A stretch of 64,000 bases of DNA from Macrostomum lignano (taxonomy: Eukaryota), in NCBI GenBank assembly GCA_002269645.1, contig NIVC01001242.1:215954-279953 (forward strand), read 5' to 3'. Shown in pieces: positions 35,301 through 46,489 of the stretch. Positions within the stretch are counted from its first letter, which is position 1; the number at the start of each line of letters is the position of its first letter. Made by a program: the position numbers and the translations under genes. Below the pieces are notes generated by a model that saw only the letters and a program-made list of their open reading frames with translations, ran no database searches and was not told the origin of the DNA.

Positions 35301-35373
35301 GGCTGGTTGTGCTAATAGTGCCAACGATGACAGGTACTTCTCTGCACCAGACAGTCTGGACAAATTGGGCTGA
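26316..35373 (+). CDS. GOPC: Golgi-associated PDZ and coiled-coil protein (PIST/CAL), 6 coding exons, intact
   Basis: Exons 26316-26531 (LLEKEFDKSFADLELLL..AKLE), 30831-31164 (AQLV..LYAARLTAKYLNKELAGRVQQMQLL), 32452-32608 (LWSQLEAEIRLHRCKT..ASRGR), 33357-33764 (PDZ: [34 protein letters not shown]), 35049-35141 and 35268-35373. Splice phases are consistent. Confidence 0.9.
27140..27505 (+). repeat. ~21-bp array containing the consensus 5' splice site (CAG|GTAAGT)
   Basis: AGGATCAGGTAAGTCGCAAAA and variants; about 15 GTAAGT copies, sense to GOPC. Confidence 0.9.
27666..27715 (+). mobile_element. hAT (Charlie/SPIN-like) 5' terminus fragment nested in the TIR element
   Basis: CAGGGGTTGGCAAAC..TGGCTCGCGAAGCC resembles common hAT termini; the partner end was not found. 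Confidence 0.4.
30431..30628 (-). mobile_element. SINE copy 2 (CORE-like)
   Basis: Reverse complement aligns with 37758-37963 over ~200 bp. Confidence 0.8.
31175..32395. repeat. 28-bp minisatellite filling GOPC intron 2 (~43 copies)
   Basis: CCTCCCAGATCCTCAGTTGCTGGGCCAG. Confidence 0.95.
32680..33300. repeat. Degenerate ~23-bp CT-rich minisatellite in GOPC intron 3
   Basis: GAGAATCTCCCCCAATTCCCCTT-like units. Confidence 0.85.
33757..35008. repeat. 24-bp minisatellite (~50 copies) made of the GOPC exon end plus donor
   Basis: Unit GGATACAG|GTGGGTTGTGTCTGTG; the exon ends ACTGGATACAG|GTGGGT at 33764/33765. Confidence 0.95.
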
Positions 35374-36319
35374 GAATGATCTGTCGCAATCCTTCTAGCT
35401 GAAAATAATTGAAAATCTTGAAGACATCTGGCTTTGCTTTGTTCAACGGGTCCATTCGTGCCATTTGATACTTTGCCTGGGTCATATATGTATATTATTT
35501 TTGTTTTAATGAATTGTTTTCTATTATCAATTACCGTAAGAATCTATTCATAAGTAGTTAACATCTATCAAATAGATTTTTATCTGATTGTTTTATAATT
35601 GATTACAAAATGAACTTACTGGATTACAAGCTAAATATATTTGATATATTTAAAACAAAGCATTGTACGGGCGTGCATGTAGTAATATCATAATGTATGT
35701 CATGTCATATTTTGCAACGGGAAAAAGCTTACATTAGTGCAAAGCAAAAGTGTCACAATTTATATAAGCAATTCCATGTGTTTTTTAATTTCAGTAATTT
35801 TCTGATAAATTTTGTATCTGTGATTTTTCTATTTTCATTTCATTTAATTTCTTGTTTTAATCAGCACTATCACCCGATTCGAATTCACAAATTCATAAAT
35901 TCACAACTTATTCAGCATTTTGTCTTTCTATCTGTGTCGGAGCAACTCCTGAAACACTCCTGAATATCATTATATGCAGAACCATAATTGGCATTCATAG
36001 TTTTAATCCATGCCTTTTATTTTACAGTGGTCGTGTCGCATATAAATGTGACCTACTTCGACCAGCAAAAACTATATTTTGTTAATTTCAGCTTTATTTA
36101 CCATTTTCCATTCCTGTAGTAGGTATAGATGGTCACAACGAATAATTTATACGGTTTTATAAAACTGTCAACTACTGTGAGGTGATTAATTGGTATTAAT
36201 GAAATATATACTCAGTAAAGTGGTGTTTGCTAACTTATCAAAACTATTGTTCTTTTTTTATTTAAACTTTTCTTAGTTTCAATCGTTAAGATTTCTAGGA
36301 AAATATTGTAGGAAAGATC

Positions 36320-36600
36320 TTTGAACGTCACGTCATTCGGGTGGTTCTGATTTGATGAAGGCCGCAGTCAATGATCATGGCAGAGACCTTCAAGTGCTCA
36401 GCAGTTTCACTAGTCGTGAAATTTGGCTGAGTTTTTTTATGAGCAGTTTCAGCTGCTGAAGATCGAGCTCAGGGGGGAGACTAGAGCGCCTTTTGTTTTT
36501 CATTGATTCGTCACCCTTCTTCAATAATTGGGCAAACCACCGGGAATGGTATAGCTTTCGATGCACCTCCGCTGCCGTGTCTTCTCTGGGTCTGGGTCAT
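36320..36600 (-). mobile_element. Degenerate mariner transposase N-terminal (HTH) fragment
   Basis: Frames give AAEVHRKL..RWFAQLLKKGDES and PELDLQQLKLLI..TTSETAEHLKVS..GLHQI, resembling Hsmar1-type N-termini. Confidence 0.45.
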
Positions 36601-37027
36601 TCCGTTGCTGAGTTCTAGCTCATTATTAAGTGACGAGGTCCAATAAAGTGTACTGCGATTTCGACCTGAATACTACCCGAGAAAAAACTTTGTCTATGGC
36701 CGCAAAGATTTATTCTTACAGTCAGTTTCAAGCTGAGACGCATTTTTATGCAAAATATTTATCCATTGAGGACGATCACCGTCGCCAACTTCCCAGGCAG
36801 CTCATCGATGGCCTAGCAGTAGACAGCGAGAAGGTCATGTGAAGCACTAAATGTTGCTCTTTAAGCTGAAAAGCTATACGCAAACGATCACTATCCCAAG
36901 CAGATGACCCTTGTAGAATCTTTTAACTAATAAGTCTCAGTGACTTATATAGGCTAGCTACGCTTCATAGACGTGAAGAATCGAATGTCTTAAAGGGTGC
37001 TTGACCTTTTTGATCGTATAAAAATTC

Positions 37028-37627
37028 ATGTCTCAACAACCGCAGAAATCAGCTGGTTCCGCTTTGCTGCGAAAAGCCCTAACAGCTTTTAGTAGCGCCA
37101 ACAGCAAAGAAGCCAGTTGTCAGGATGACGGATGGAGCGACGCTGAGGACACGGAGGCGTCAAAGTCTAGCGTAAAGAAATCTTCCGCTAACACAACTGC
37201 TATTAGAAGCAGCAACATCGGAGTCGCTCGCAGGCGCAGGGCAGAGAAACGACGCGAACTGGCTAAGCGAGAGCTGACCCTGCGAAAGAAGCTGGTCAAG
37301 TCTCGAACCGATCGGCTTGTTGAGTCAGCCGCCGCTGCAGAGGCCAACTCAGCCGAAAAACAATCGGCTAAACTTCGATTGAAAAAATATCGCACTTTGC
37401 TTCAACAAGCTACAGTGGAATTGGAGCGCGAACTCGCGACCTACAAGTCGGCCGGTCTAATTAAAGGTGGCCGAGGTAATAAAGCGATCGATAAACAAGC
37501 CGAAGCGTCTCAGGCTAAAGATAAGCGACAACAGAAACAGCTGGCTCTGGCTAGAGAGCTCGACTTTAAGCGGTTCAATCAGAGTCTCAGAGAAATCCTT
37601 GTGTCCACTACTGGTTCCGCTAAGTAA
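37028..37627 (+). CDS. RPS19BP1: Active regulator of SIRT1 (AROS)-like protein, single exon, 199 aa
   Basis: SALLRKAL (cf. SAALLRRGL), GGRGNKAIDK (cf. NRGRKACDR) and ELDFKRFNQ (cf. EEDFQKFQQ); basic and coiled-coil-like. Confidence 0.65.
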   Translation: MSQQPQKSAGSALLRKALTAFSSANSKEASCQDDGWSDAEDTEASKSSVKKSSANTTAIRSSNIGVARRRRAEKRRELAKRELTLRKKLVKSRTDRLVESAAAAEANSAEKQSAKLRLKKYRTLLQQATVELERELATYKSAGLIKGGRGNKAIDKQAEASQAKDKRQQKQLALARELDFKRFNQSLREILVSTTGSAK

Positions 37628-37757
37628 CACTGGTCTTTGTTTGGCAATTGACAGTAAAGCTTTGATAACTGCGATCGAGTAATGATTGAAATAAAACGGC
37701 ATTTTTTCCTATTTTTAACTTGCAGATTTTGACTCGGTTGTTTTATTGCTATTTTTT

Positions 37758-37963
37758 GGGGTTGTAGCCTAGTGGTTGGAGCGTCCGATTCTCGACTTGA
37801 AGGTTGGGGGTTCGATTCCCTATCCCACTGGAACAATTTGTATCCTTGAGCAAGATTACTTAACTCTGCATTGCTTCGGTTCAATCAGCTGTAAAATGGG
37901 TGCCAGCATTAGCTGAGGTAATTGAGGGTGTGTGGCGACCCCCAGTCCTTGGACTGAACAGCC
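37758..37963 (+). mobile_element. tRNA-derived SINE with a CORE-like body
   Basis: Pol III A box TAGCCTAGTGG and B box GGTTCGATTCC. Body TCCTTGAGCAAGATTACTTAACTCT..CTGTAAAATGGG resembles the MIR/CORE consensus. A second copy lies at 30431-30628. Confidence 0.8.
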
Positions 37964-38187
37964 GTACGCAGCCTTCAGATGCGCCGCGCAATAGCTGCGG
38001 CTGAGCTTGCGCTCTTATTTCAAGTGCATTTGCATTAATTTCGGGCTATATTGAAATCTCGGCTGGGGTCTGTTCGTGCAATTAACGCCCTTAAGGGCCA
38101 GGCACCAAGGCTACCGATAAATAAAGTTATAGGGCGGCTGTACTTGCTGTGTGTGCCTGCTCAGGTGAGTCGGCGGAATGGGCAGTA

Positions 38188-38907
38188 ATGAGCCTTGAAA
38201 ATACTTTAATTCATGATCTTTCCGATATGCCACCAATTATCGAAAGCGGCTCTGCAGGTCGCATTGGAAACTCTTGTAAATCAATCAAGTGTCTTATATT
38301 CTACCTAGCCTGTCCTGTCCAGCTTCTATGTGGCTTCATTATAGCCGGATGCCAGTTGCTAATTCACAGTTTAGGAGGCGGCTCCTCTGACGACAGTCTG
38401 GTAGCTGTTGGCTTGGTCACAGGACTGCTGCTTGTTGTTGCCAGCTTGGTTGCCATGGTGAACTTGTCAAGAAGAAAACTCCATATAGCAAGTACTGCTG
38501 TTAAAGTACCGCCTTGTCTAGTTGCTAGCCTGTTGCTAGGGTTGGCCTGCCCTCCGGGTTGCTTAGCAACCGGGATCATCCTGCTGCGTCACAGTTTGGC
38601 TTCATCAGTCAGCCAGGAAGCTGCGTGCGGTGACCCACCCCTGCTAAATGAGATCGCTTCCGGTGCTAACTATACTACTCAGTCTAGCCGCATCGCCAGT
38701 AGTAGTAGCATTGAAGCGCCGCTAATCTGGTCTCGAGCTTGTCTGCTAGCCTCTCTATCCGTTGCCATGGTAACTGCTTGTTTGTTAACTGTCGCTCTGG
38801 CGATGGAAATTCGTAGATTCCGTCGGATGAGGCATCGAATGGAGCGAACTCTGCTGCACCGAATGGACTCAGACGGGCACAGATGCGATGATGGGGCTGT
38901 GGCATGA
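38188..38907 (+). CDS. Uncharacterised multi-pass (about 4 TM) membrane protein, ~239 aa
   Basis: Non-repetitive ORF with four hydrophobic segments and a basic cytoplasmic tail; topology loosely MS4A/CD20-like. The start is uncertain (a donor-like CAG|GTGAGT sits at 38165). Confidence 0.55.
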   Translation: MSLENTLIHDLSDMPPIIESGSAGRIGNSCKSIKCLIFYLACPVQLLCGFIIAGCQLLIHSLGGGSSDDSLVAVGLVTGLLLVVASLVAMVNLSRRKLHIASTAVKVPPCLVASLLLGLACPPGCLATGIILLRHSLASSVSQEAACGDPPLLNEIASGANYTTQSSRIASSSSIEAPLIWSRACLLASLSVAMVTACLLTVALAMEIRRFRRMRHRMERTLLHRMDSDGHRCDDGAVA

Positions 38908-39169
38908 TGCTGGGGAATTGAATTTTTTGTATCTCCCATCTTCTCTGGCTAATCTCAGGTTCTGTGCGTTTTCATAGATAGGTTTCTATCAATTCGATGT
39001 TCATTCACGTGTAAATTTAGCATAGTTAGATTTCGGGGCTGGCTCTCATGCTGCTTCAAGTTTTGTGTATAAAAATGTCAATAATCTTGCAAATAATATT
39101 TTTAAAAAGTATTTTTAACCTCTAGCGATAAAATTTCAATAGATAGCTATTAGCGTTCATATTGCTCAC

Positions 39170-40900
39170 TTAAGTCCCTATCGGATCCCGATTCCCCTCA
39201 TGATACTCCCCGAAATTCCCTATCGGATCCCGATTCCCCTCATGATACTCCCCGAAATTCCCTATCGGATCCTGATTCCCCATGTGGGGTTCATGATCTG
39301 CCCGAAATTCCCTATCGGATCCTGATTCCCCCATGTGGGAATCATGATCTGCCCAAAATTCCCTATCAGATCCTGATTCCCCCATGTGGGGTTGTGGATG
39401 TGGGGTTCATGATCTGCCCGAAATTCCCTATCAGATCCTGATTCCCCATGTCGGGTTGTGGATGTGGGGTTCATGATCTGCCCGAAATTCCCTATCAGAT
39501 CCTGATTCCCCCTTGTTGGGGTTGTGGATGTGGGGTTCATGATCTTCCCGAAATTCCCTATCAGATCCTGATTCCCCCATGTGGGGTTGTGGATGTGGGG
39601 TTCATGATCTGCCCGAAATTCCCTATCGGATCCTGATTCCCCCATGTGGGGTTGTGGATGTGGGGTTCATGATCTGCCCGAAATTCCCTATTAGATCCTG
39701 ATTCCCCTCATGATACTCCCCGAAATTCCCTATCGGATCCCGATTCCCCTCATGATACTCCCCGAAATTCCCTATCGGATCCTGATTCCCCTCATGATAC
39801 TCCCCGAAATTCCCTATCGGATCCTGATTCCCCTCATGATACTCCCCGAAATTCCCTATCGGATCCTGATTCCCCTCATGATACTCCCCGAAATTCCCTA
39901 TCGGATCCTGATTCCCCCATGTGGGAATCATGATCTGCCCAAAATTCCCTATCAGATCCTGATTCCCCCATGTGGGGTTGTGGATGTGGGGTTCATGATC
40001 TGCCCGAAATTCCCTATCGGATCCTGATTCCCCCATGTGGGGTTGTGGATGTGGGGTTCATGATCTGCCCGAAATTCCCTATCGGATCCTGATTCCCCCA
40101 TGTGGGGTTGTGGATGTGGGGTTCATGATCTGCCCGAAATTCCCTATCGGATCCTGATTCCCCCATGTGGGGTTGTGGATGTGGGGTTCATGATCTGCCC
40201 GAAATTCCCTATCAGATCCTGATTCCCCCTTGTTGGGGTTGTGGATGTGGGGTTCATGATCTGCCCGAAATTCCCTATCGGATCCTGATTCCCCCATGTG
40301 GGGTTGTGGATGTGGGGTTCATGATCTGCCCGAAATTCCCTATCGGATCCTGATTCCCCCATGTGGGGTTGTGAATGTGGGGTTCATGATCTGCCCGAAA
40401 TTCCCTATCGGATCCTGATTCCCCCTTGTTGGGGTTGTGGATGTGGGGTTCATGATCTGCCCGAAATTCCCTATCAGATTCTGATTCCCCCTTGTTGGGG
40501 TTGTGGATGTGGGGTTCATGATCTGCCCGAAATTCCCTATCAGATCCTGATTCCCCCTTGTTGGGGTTGTGGATGTGGGGTTCATGATCTGCCCGAAATT
40601 CCCTATCAGATCCTGATTTCCCCTTGTTGGGGTTGTGGATGTGGGGTTCATGATCTGCCCGAAATTCCCTATCAGATCCTGATTCCCCCTTGTTGGGGTT
40701 GTGGATGTGGGGTTCATGATCTGCCCGAAATTCCCTATCAGATCCTGATTTCCCCTTGTTGGGGTTGTGGATGTGGGGTTCATGATCTGCCCGAAATTCC
40801 CTATCAGATCCTGATTCCCCCTTGTTGGGGTTGTGGATGTGGGGTTCATGATCTGCCCGAAATTCCCTATCAGATCCTGATTCCCCCTTGTTGGGGGAAT
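39170..40900. repeat. Composite minisatellite with 42-bp and ~65-bp units sharing one core
   Basis: Core CCCGAAATTCCCTATC(A/G)GATCCTGATTCCCC with alternative linkers; periods 42 and 65. Confidence 0.95.
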
Positions 40901-41276
40901 CCCCGTTGGGTTTTAAACCCCTCATAACACTCATTCCCTATCTGATTCAACCATAGAACTATACCGTACGTTATTTTCATATCTGCATGCTTTTTTAGTA
41001 CCATGAAACTTATTAAAGCTGTATTTTTCATGTTTTATCATATTCACTAACATATTTATAAACGTAATAATAAGCGCAATCATTATTTAAAATTCGTAAG
41101 CTTATCTGGCACTCGCTATGTGTATGACGCGTTAGCGCAATTGACTGATAGTTTTACAATAAACTTGTTGAATAACACGATTACATGTAGCTCTGCACAC
41201 AGCGCAATTTATATGTTGAACTTTTTGGCTTACATTTAGTATTTTTTGTCTGTAATTTTCATTTTGACCCTAAGGG

Positions 41277-42683
41277 TAGGGGGCGACCGGGACGGCCAAG
41301 GTCGGGCCCGGGTCGGGCCTCGGGAATTCGGGACAAGATCTTTAGGACAGCTCAATAATTGGAAAAAAATCATAATAAATCTTAATACTTTTAGCATATG
41401 CGGATTACTATTAAATATATAATAAATATATGAATATATTAAATTTAATATAATATATTAAATGTATAATAAATATATGATAAACATTAAATATATTATA
41501 ATAAAATATATAAGTATATTAAATATATAATAATATATAAATATAATAAATGTAATATATTATATTAAATATATAATAAATATTATTATTATTTAATACA
41601 TTAGTTAAGACTTCAGAATAGATAAGAGTTACATTAAAAGACCTAATACTCAAATATCAATACACTCAATAGTTCACATTCAATGTCACTGTGTGGCACA
41701 AGTACTGTGTGTGCCAGTGACAGTGACACTAACAGGCAGTGAGGTAGACAAGCAGGCACTGCAGCAGTGCGGCTGGCACTGGCAGTGGCAGTAAGCAAAA
41801 AGAAGAAAAGCTGAAGCATTAAGTGTAAGGCACTTGGCATTGGAAGCAGTAAGGAAGTAAGAACCAAATCAATTGATTGATTCTTTTATTTGAATTTTTA
41901 GTTCCTTTACATAGCTTCAATGTAAAGAGCCATGTACACAGTCAGTATTCAGTAAGACAACAAGACAAGACAACAGAGCAGAACACACACAAGTGAAGTG
42001 ACAACACAACACAACACTCAACTGTCTCAACAGAACAGGCAAACAGACAATGGAAATACAAGTAATTAGCTGATACCTGCCTACCTGCTCACCTACCTAC
42101 CTAAACGAATATGATTACGAATACGATACTATGAGTCTACTACTACGACTACCTACGAATACGATACAAATATGAACACGATTACAAACTCTGATAGATA
42201 GCAAACTTCTTGGAAAAATGGTTGCCTTGGCCCTTAATAGGTACTTCTTGGAATGTAAATAGGAAATGTTATTTACAAAAGCTTAAAAATGACAAATCAA
42301 CTTTTTAAAGAATCATATTTTTGCTTTTAGGCTGCAGCCTGCAGCGTGTAAAGTGGAATCAATATTGCAAAAAAGTATTGCAAAACTATGTTTTAATTTT
42401 ATCTTCCTGGAAAAAATCCGATCTTCCTGGAAAGTGGAAACTGGCTGTGGCTGACGCTCACGGTCACAGACAGTTGCAGTTGCAGTTGTATTTTCCTGGG
42501 GCTGGAATTAAAGGTAAATTAGTGTGAATGTGTTGAAAAATAATTTTTTCTTATTCGCACGCGGTTAGTGCCTTTAGGGAAAAAAGACTTGTCCCGATTT
42601 CCCGACTTTTTAAGGGTCGGGCCACGATTTTGGTCGGGATTCCCGACTTTTCGGGCCCGGGCCCGGGACTGGGTCGCCCCCTA
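41277..42683. mobile_element. Non-autonomous hAT element, 1407 bp
   Basis: 12-bp TIR TAGGGGGCGACC; 8-bp TSD CCTAAGGG at 41269-41276 and 42684-42691; subterminal TCGGG/CCCGA clusters; no transposase. Confidence 0.9.
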
Positions 42684-42704
42684 CCTAAGGGATCCTATCG
42701 GCGT

Positions 42705-43395
42705 GTCACTTCCGGTGTGGGACATCATGTGTCACTTCCAGAGTGCGTGTGTGGGATCATTTGTCACTTCCCGTGTGCGGCATCATTTGTGTCACTTCCG
42801 GTGTGCGGCATCACTTGTGTCACTTCCGGTGTGCGGCATCACTTGTGTCACTTCCGGTGTGCGGCATCATTTGTGTCACTCCCGGTGTGCGGCATCATTT
42901 GTGTCATTTCCGGTGTGCGGCATCATTTGTGTCACTTCCGGTGTGCGGCATCACTTGTGTCAATTCCGGTGTGCGGCATCATTTGTGTCACTTCCGGTGT
43001 GCGGCATCACTTGTGTCACTTCCGGTGTGTGGCATCATTTGTGTCACTCCCGGTGTGCGGCATCACTTGTGTCACTCCCGGTGTGCGGCATCATTTGTGT
43101 CACTTCCGGTGTGCGGCATCATTTGTGTCACTTCCGGTGTGCGGCATCACTTGTGTCACTTCCGGTGTGCGGCATCACTTGTGTCACTTCCGGTGTGCGG
43201 CATCACTTGTGTCACTTCCGGTGTGTGGCATCATTTGTGTCACTCCCGGTGTGCGGCATCACTTGTGTCACTCCCGGTGTGCGGCATCATTTGTGTCACT
43301 TCCGGTGTGCGGCATCATTTGTGTCACTTCCGGTGTGCGGCATCACTTGTGTCACTTCCGGTGTGCGGCATCATTTGTGTCACTCCCAGTGTGCG
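42705..43395. repeat. 28-bp minisatellite, ~24 copies
   Basis: GTGTCACTTCCGGTGTGCGGCATCA(T/C)TT. Confidence 0.95.
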
Positions 43396-44090
43396 GCATT
43401 TTTTTATCACTTTCGGGTGTGCGAAAACGTTAATTTCACTTAAATGTATGGTCCTATACAGCAGCAGCATCTGTGTCAAATCTACATGTAAAAAAGCCTT
43501 TAGATTCCTTTTTTGGCGAGCGCCTTCAGACTCAGACTTGAGTCCTACTGGCTATGTTTGACAAATGGTTGTCACCGTTGTTTCCTGTCGAAATTCGGAC
43601 TCAGTTCTAAGGTCGAATTTGCATTACGAAACATTTAAATCAAATTTTAATTCAATTAGTATACTGTTAGTTTACACAATTTCAAAATCAGGATTCAACA
43701 AACAGATATGCGTAATTTTCCAAAGGATTATCTAAATAACGAATATATTGAATAAAACCATATTTAAATTTCCTGCTTATTGTTTCTACCTACAGTGTTA
43801 TCGAAAATGTTACTCTTAGTAGGGTCTTCAGGGATTTTATTCTTTATTAGTAAAAATGTAAATTTTCCGCCTGAAAGCTGAAACTGTAAAGCATGCAGCA
43901 GCTCCATAGATAAAAAAATTAGGCCAATACTGAATGAAAATTTCAACTTTTTGTACTAGGAAAATATTCGAAAAACTATTAACTATCGATTACTCAAGGA
44001 ATCAAATCACCTGAAGTTCGTACTGAAGTTACCAATTCTGAAGTCTTGTTGACGTAAATAAGTTTTTTAAATATAGTTTCTTGTTTGCCT

Positions 44091-46489
44091 TCAGTTGGAG
44101 AGGTATGGCTTGACGATGTTCTGAGTAAACCAGGTGTCCGTGAACTGCAGGTGGTCGCCCTCGCAGGCCAGGAACTTCAGCTTGCCGGCAGCATCCATCG
44201 CTTTCAGACCCAGACGGTCCTGAAAATGTGCAAAATTTTTATTCATTTTATTGCTTTGCACCATATTCTACTTCAACCCTTCCTTTGTTTTGTGTCCAAT
44301 AAATTTCATCTAGCTATCAAGTAAAATCCAGTCACTCCATGAGCTTCAGTTCACTACAAAATCCAGTCACTCCATGAGCTTCAGTTTACTACAAAATCCA
44401 GTCACTCCATGAGCTTCAGTTCACTACAAAATCCAGTCACTCCATGAGCTTCAGTTTACTACAAAATCCAGTCACTCCATGAGCTTCAGTTCACTACAAA
44501 ATCCAGTCACTCCATGAGCTTCAGTTCACTACAAAATCCAGTCACTCCATGAGCTTCAGTTCACTACAAAATCCAGTCACTCCATGAGCTTCAGTTCACT
44601 ACAAAATCCAGTCACTCCATGAGCTTCAGTTCACTCCCAAATCCAGTCACTCCATGAGCTTCAGTTCACTACAAAATCCAGTCACTCCATGAGCTTCAGT
44701 TCACTACAAAATCCAGTCACTCCATGAGCTTCAGTTCACTCCCAAATCCAGTCACTCCATGAGCTTCAGTTCACTACAAAATCCAGTCACTCCATGAGCT
44801 TCAGTTCACTACAAAATCCAGTCACTCCATGAGCTTCAGTTCACTACAAAATCCAGTCACTCCATGAGCTTCAGTTCACTACAAAATCCAGTCACTCCAT
44901 GAGCTTCAGTTCACTACAAAATCCAGTCACTCCATGAGCTTCAGTTCACTACAAAATCCAGTCACTCCATGAGCTTCAGTTCACTCCCAAATCAGAGGGA
45001 GCAATTCAAATCTTCAATCACTTTAACTTACCATAAACAATACATGTACTTAAATATCAAGTCGCTCACCTGGGTGTACAGAGTGGTATTTCGCAATGGC
45101 AGCACCGTCTTGTCCTGGCCAGGCTGATAGAACCCGAACCACTCGCTCTCCCGCGGCTGCACCATGCTGTCGCTGAGGAACTTCACCAGCACCAGATTCT
45201 TCAGGGTTTGCAGATTGGCTGCGTAAGACCGGTTTACAGTCTGAAGTTTTAAATCAAATTGAAGTAAAATTTACTTTTGTTGTCTGTGTAGAAAAGTACA
45301 CATTGATATGTCATACCAATTCATTGTTGATGTCGGCGATGAAAATTGATTTCTGCTTATATTCCTCTTCGTTTAATGGATCGTGCCAGTATTGGGCTTG
45401 GATGAGGCTGGAGTGGATTTGAATATGATTAATTATGTTATAGTTTATAGGCAGGCAAATCCCTTGTGCATTGATATCGTGATTTTTCATACAGTGCAGA
45501 ACTTATTCAACGAATTGGCGCCTCATCCAATCAACTGGCGCCTCAGCCAATGATCTGGCGCCAAATACAATGAACTGGCGCCTCTTCAATCAACTGGCGC
45601 CTCAGCCAATGATCTGGCGCCAAATACAATGAACTGGCGCCCCATCTAATCAACTGGCGCCTCTTCCAATGAACTGGCGCCTCTTCCAATCAACTGGCGC
45701 CTCATCCAATGAACTGGCGCTTCATCAAAAGAATTAATGCCTCATCTAATCAACTGGCACCTCAGCCAATGATCTGGCGCCACATACAATGAACTGGCGC
45801 CTCATCCAATCAACTGGCGCCTCATCCAATCAAATGGCGCCTCGCTAATAAACTGGTGCCTCATCAAATCAACTGGCGCCTCATCTAATGAACTGGGGCC
45901 TCGCTAATGAACTGGGGCCTCGCTAATTAACTGGGGCCTTGTCCAATTAAATGACACCCCATAAAAAAGAATCTGAGGTCTGAGCTCACTTGTTCTGTAC
46001 GAAGCTCACGTAAGCTCCCAAATTGAGCAGCTCGCGGACATAGTTGCACAGCGTTACATTGGTGCCCGGACACCTGGGGAAACCGTACACACCCTGGTGC
46101 TGGCCGCCGATGGACACCAAGTTGCGCATTGGCGGGTTGGGGCAGCGCTGCACCAGAGCTCGGAGAAACTGAGCTCCCTGCGAGAACCCGATGGAGTTGT
46201 AGCCGCCCTTCAGTTTGGGATTGGCTCTGATCGTCTGGCACACCTGTTCCACCTGCTTGTTGGCGTTGGACAGGAACCCGTTCTCGATGTCTTCAACCAT
46301 GTTGTTGCCGATCTGCACCGAGTAGACGTACACCCCAGGCAGCTGCTTCTCCAGCATGCGCTTGATGGCGCCCAGAGATAGCGGGTTGCAGCAGCTGTCA
46401 CCCATGCCGTGCCATAGCACTATGGGAGTGACAGCTTCGGTGACTGATAGCGCAGCCAAGGCTAGGACTAGGCAAACGGCAAGTCTCAT
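44091..46489 (-). CDS. PPT1: Palmitoyl-protein thioesterase 1, 4 exons, intact
   Basis: Exons 46489-45990, 45407-45317, 45240-45070 and 44219-44091. Signal peptide, [18 protein letters not shown] (Ser), KFLSDSMV (Asp), GDHLQF (His), QAQYWHDP. Confidence 0.95.
44324..44998. repeat. 35-bp minisatellite, ~19 near-identical copies, PPT1 intron 3
   Basis: GAGCTTCAGTTCACTACAAAATCCAGTCACTCCAT. Confidence 0.95.
45510..45940. repeat. ~21-bp minisatellite, PPT1 intron 1
   Basis: AACTGGCGCCTCATCCAAT(C/G)-like units. Confidence 0.9.

Noticed and set aside
36345-36460. C/D-box snoRNA (TGATGA ... CTGA)
   Set aside because: No terminal stem or recognisable guide; better explained as the antisense of a mariner fragment.
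37758-37830. Functional tRNA gene
   Set aside because: The acceptor stem does not pair and the sequence continues into a SINE body that has a second copy.
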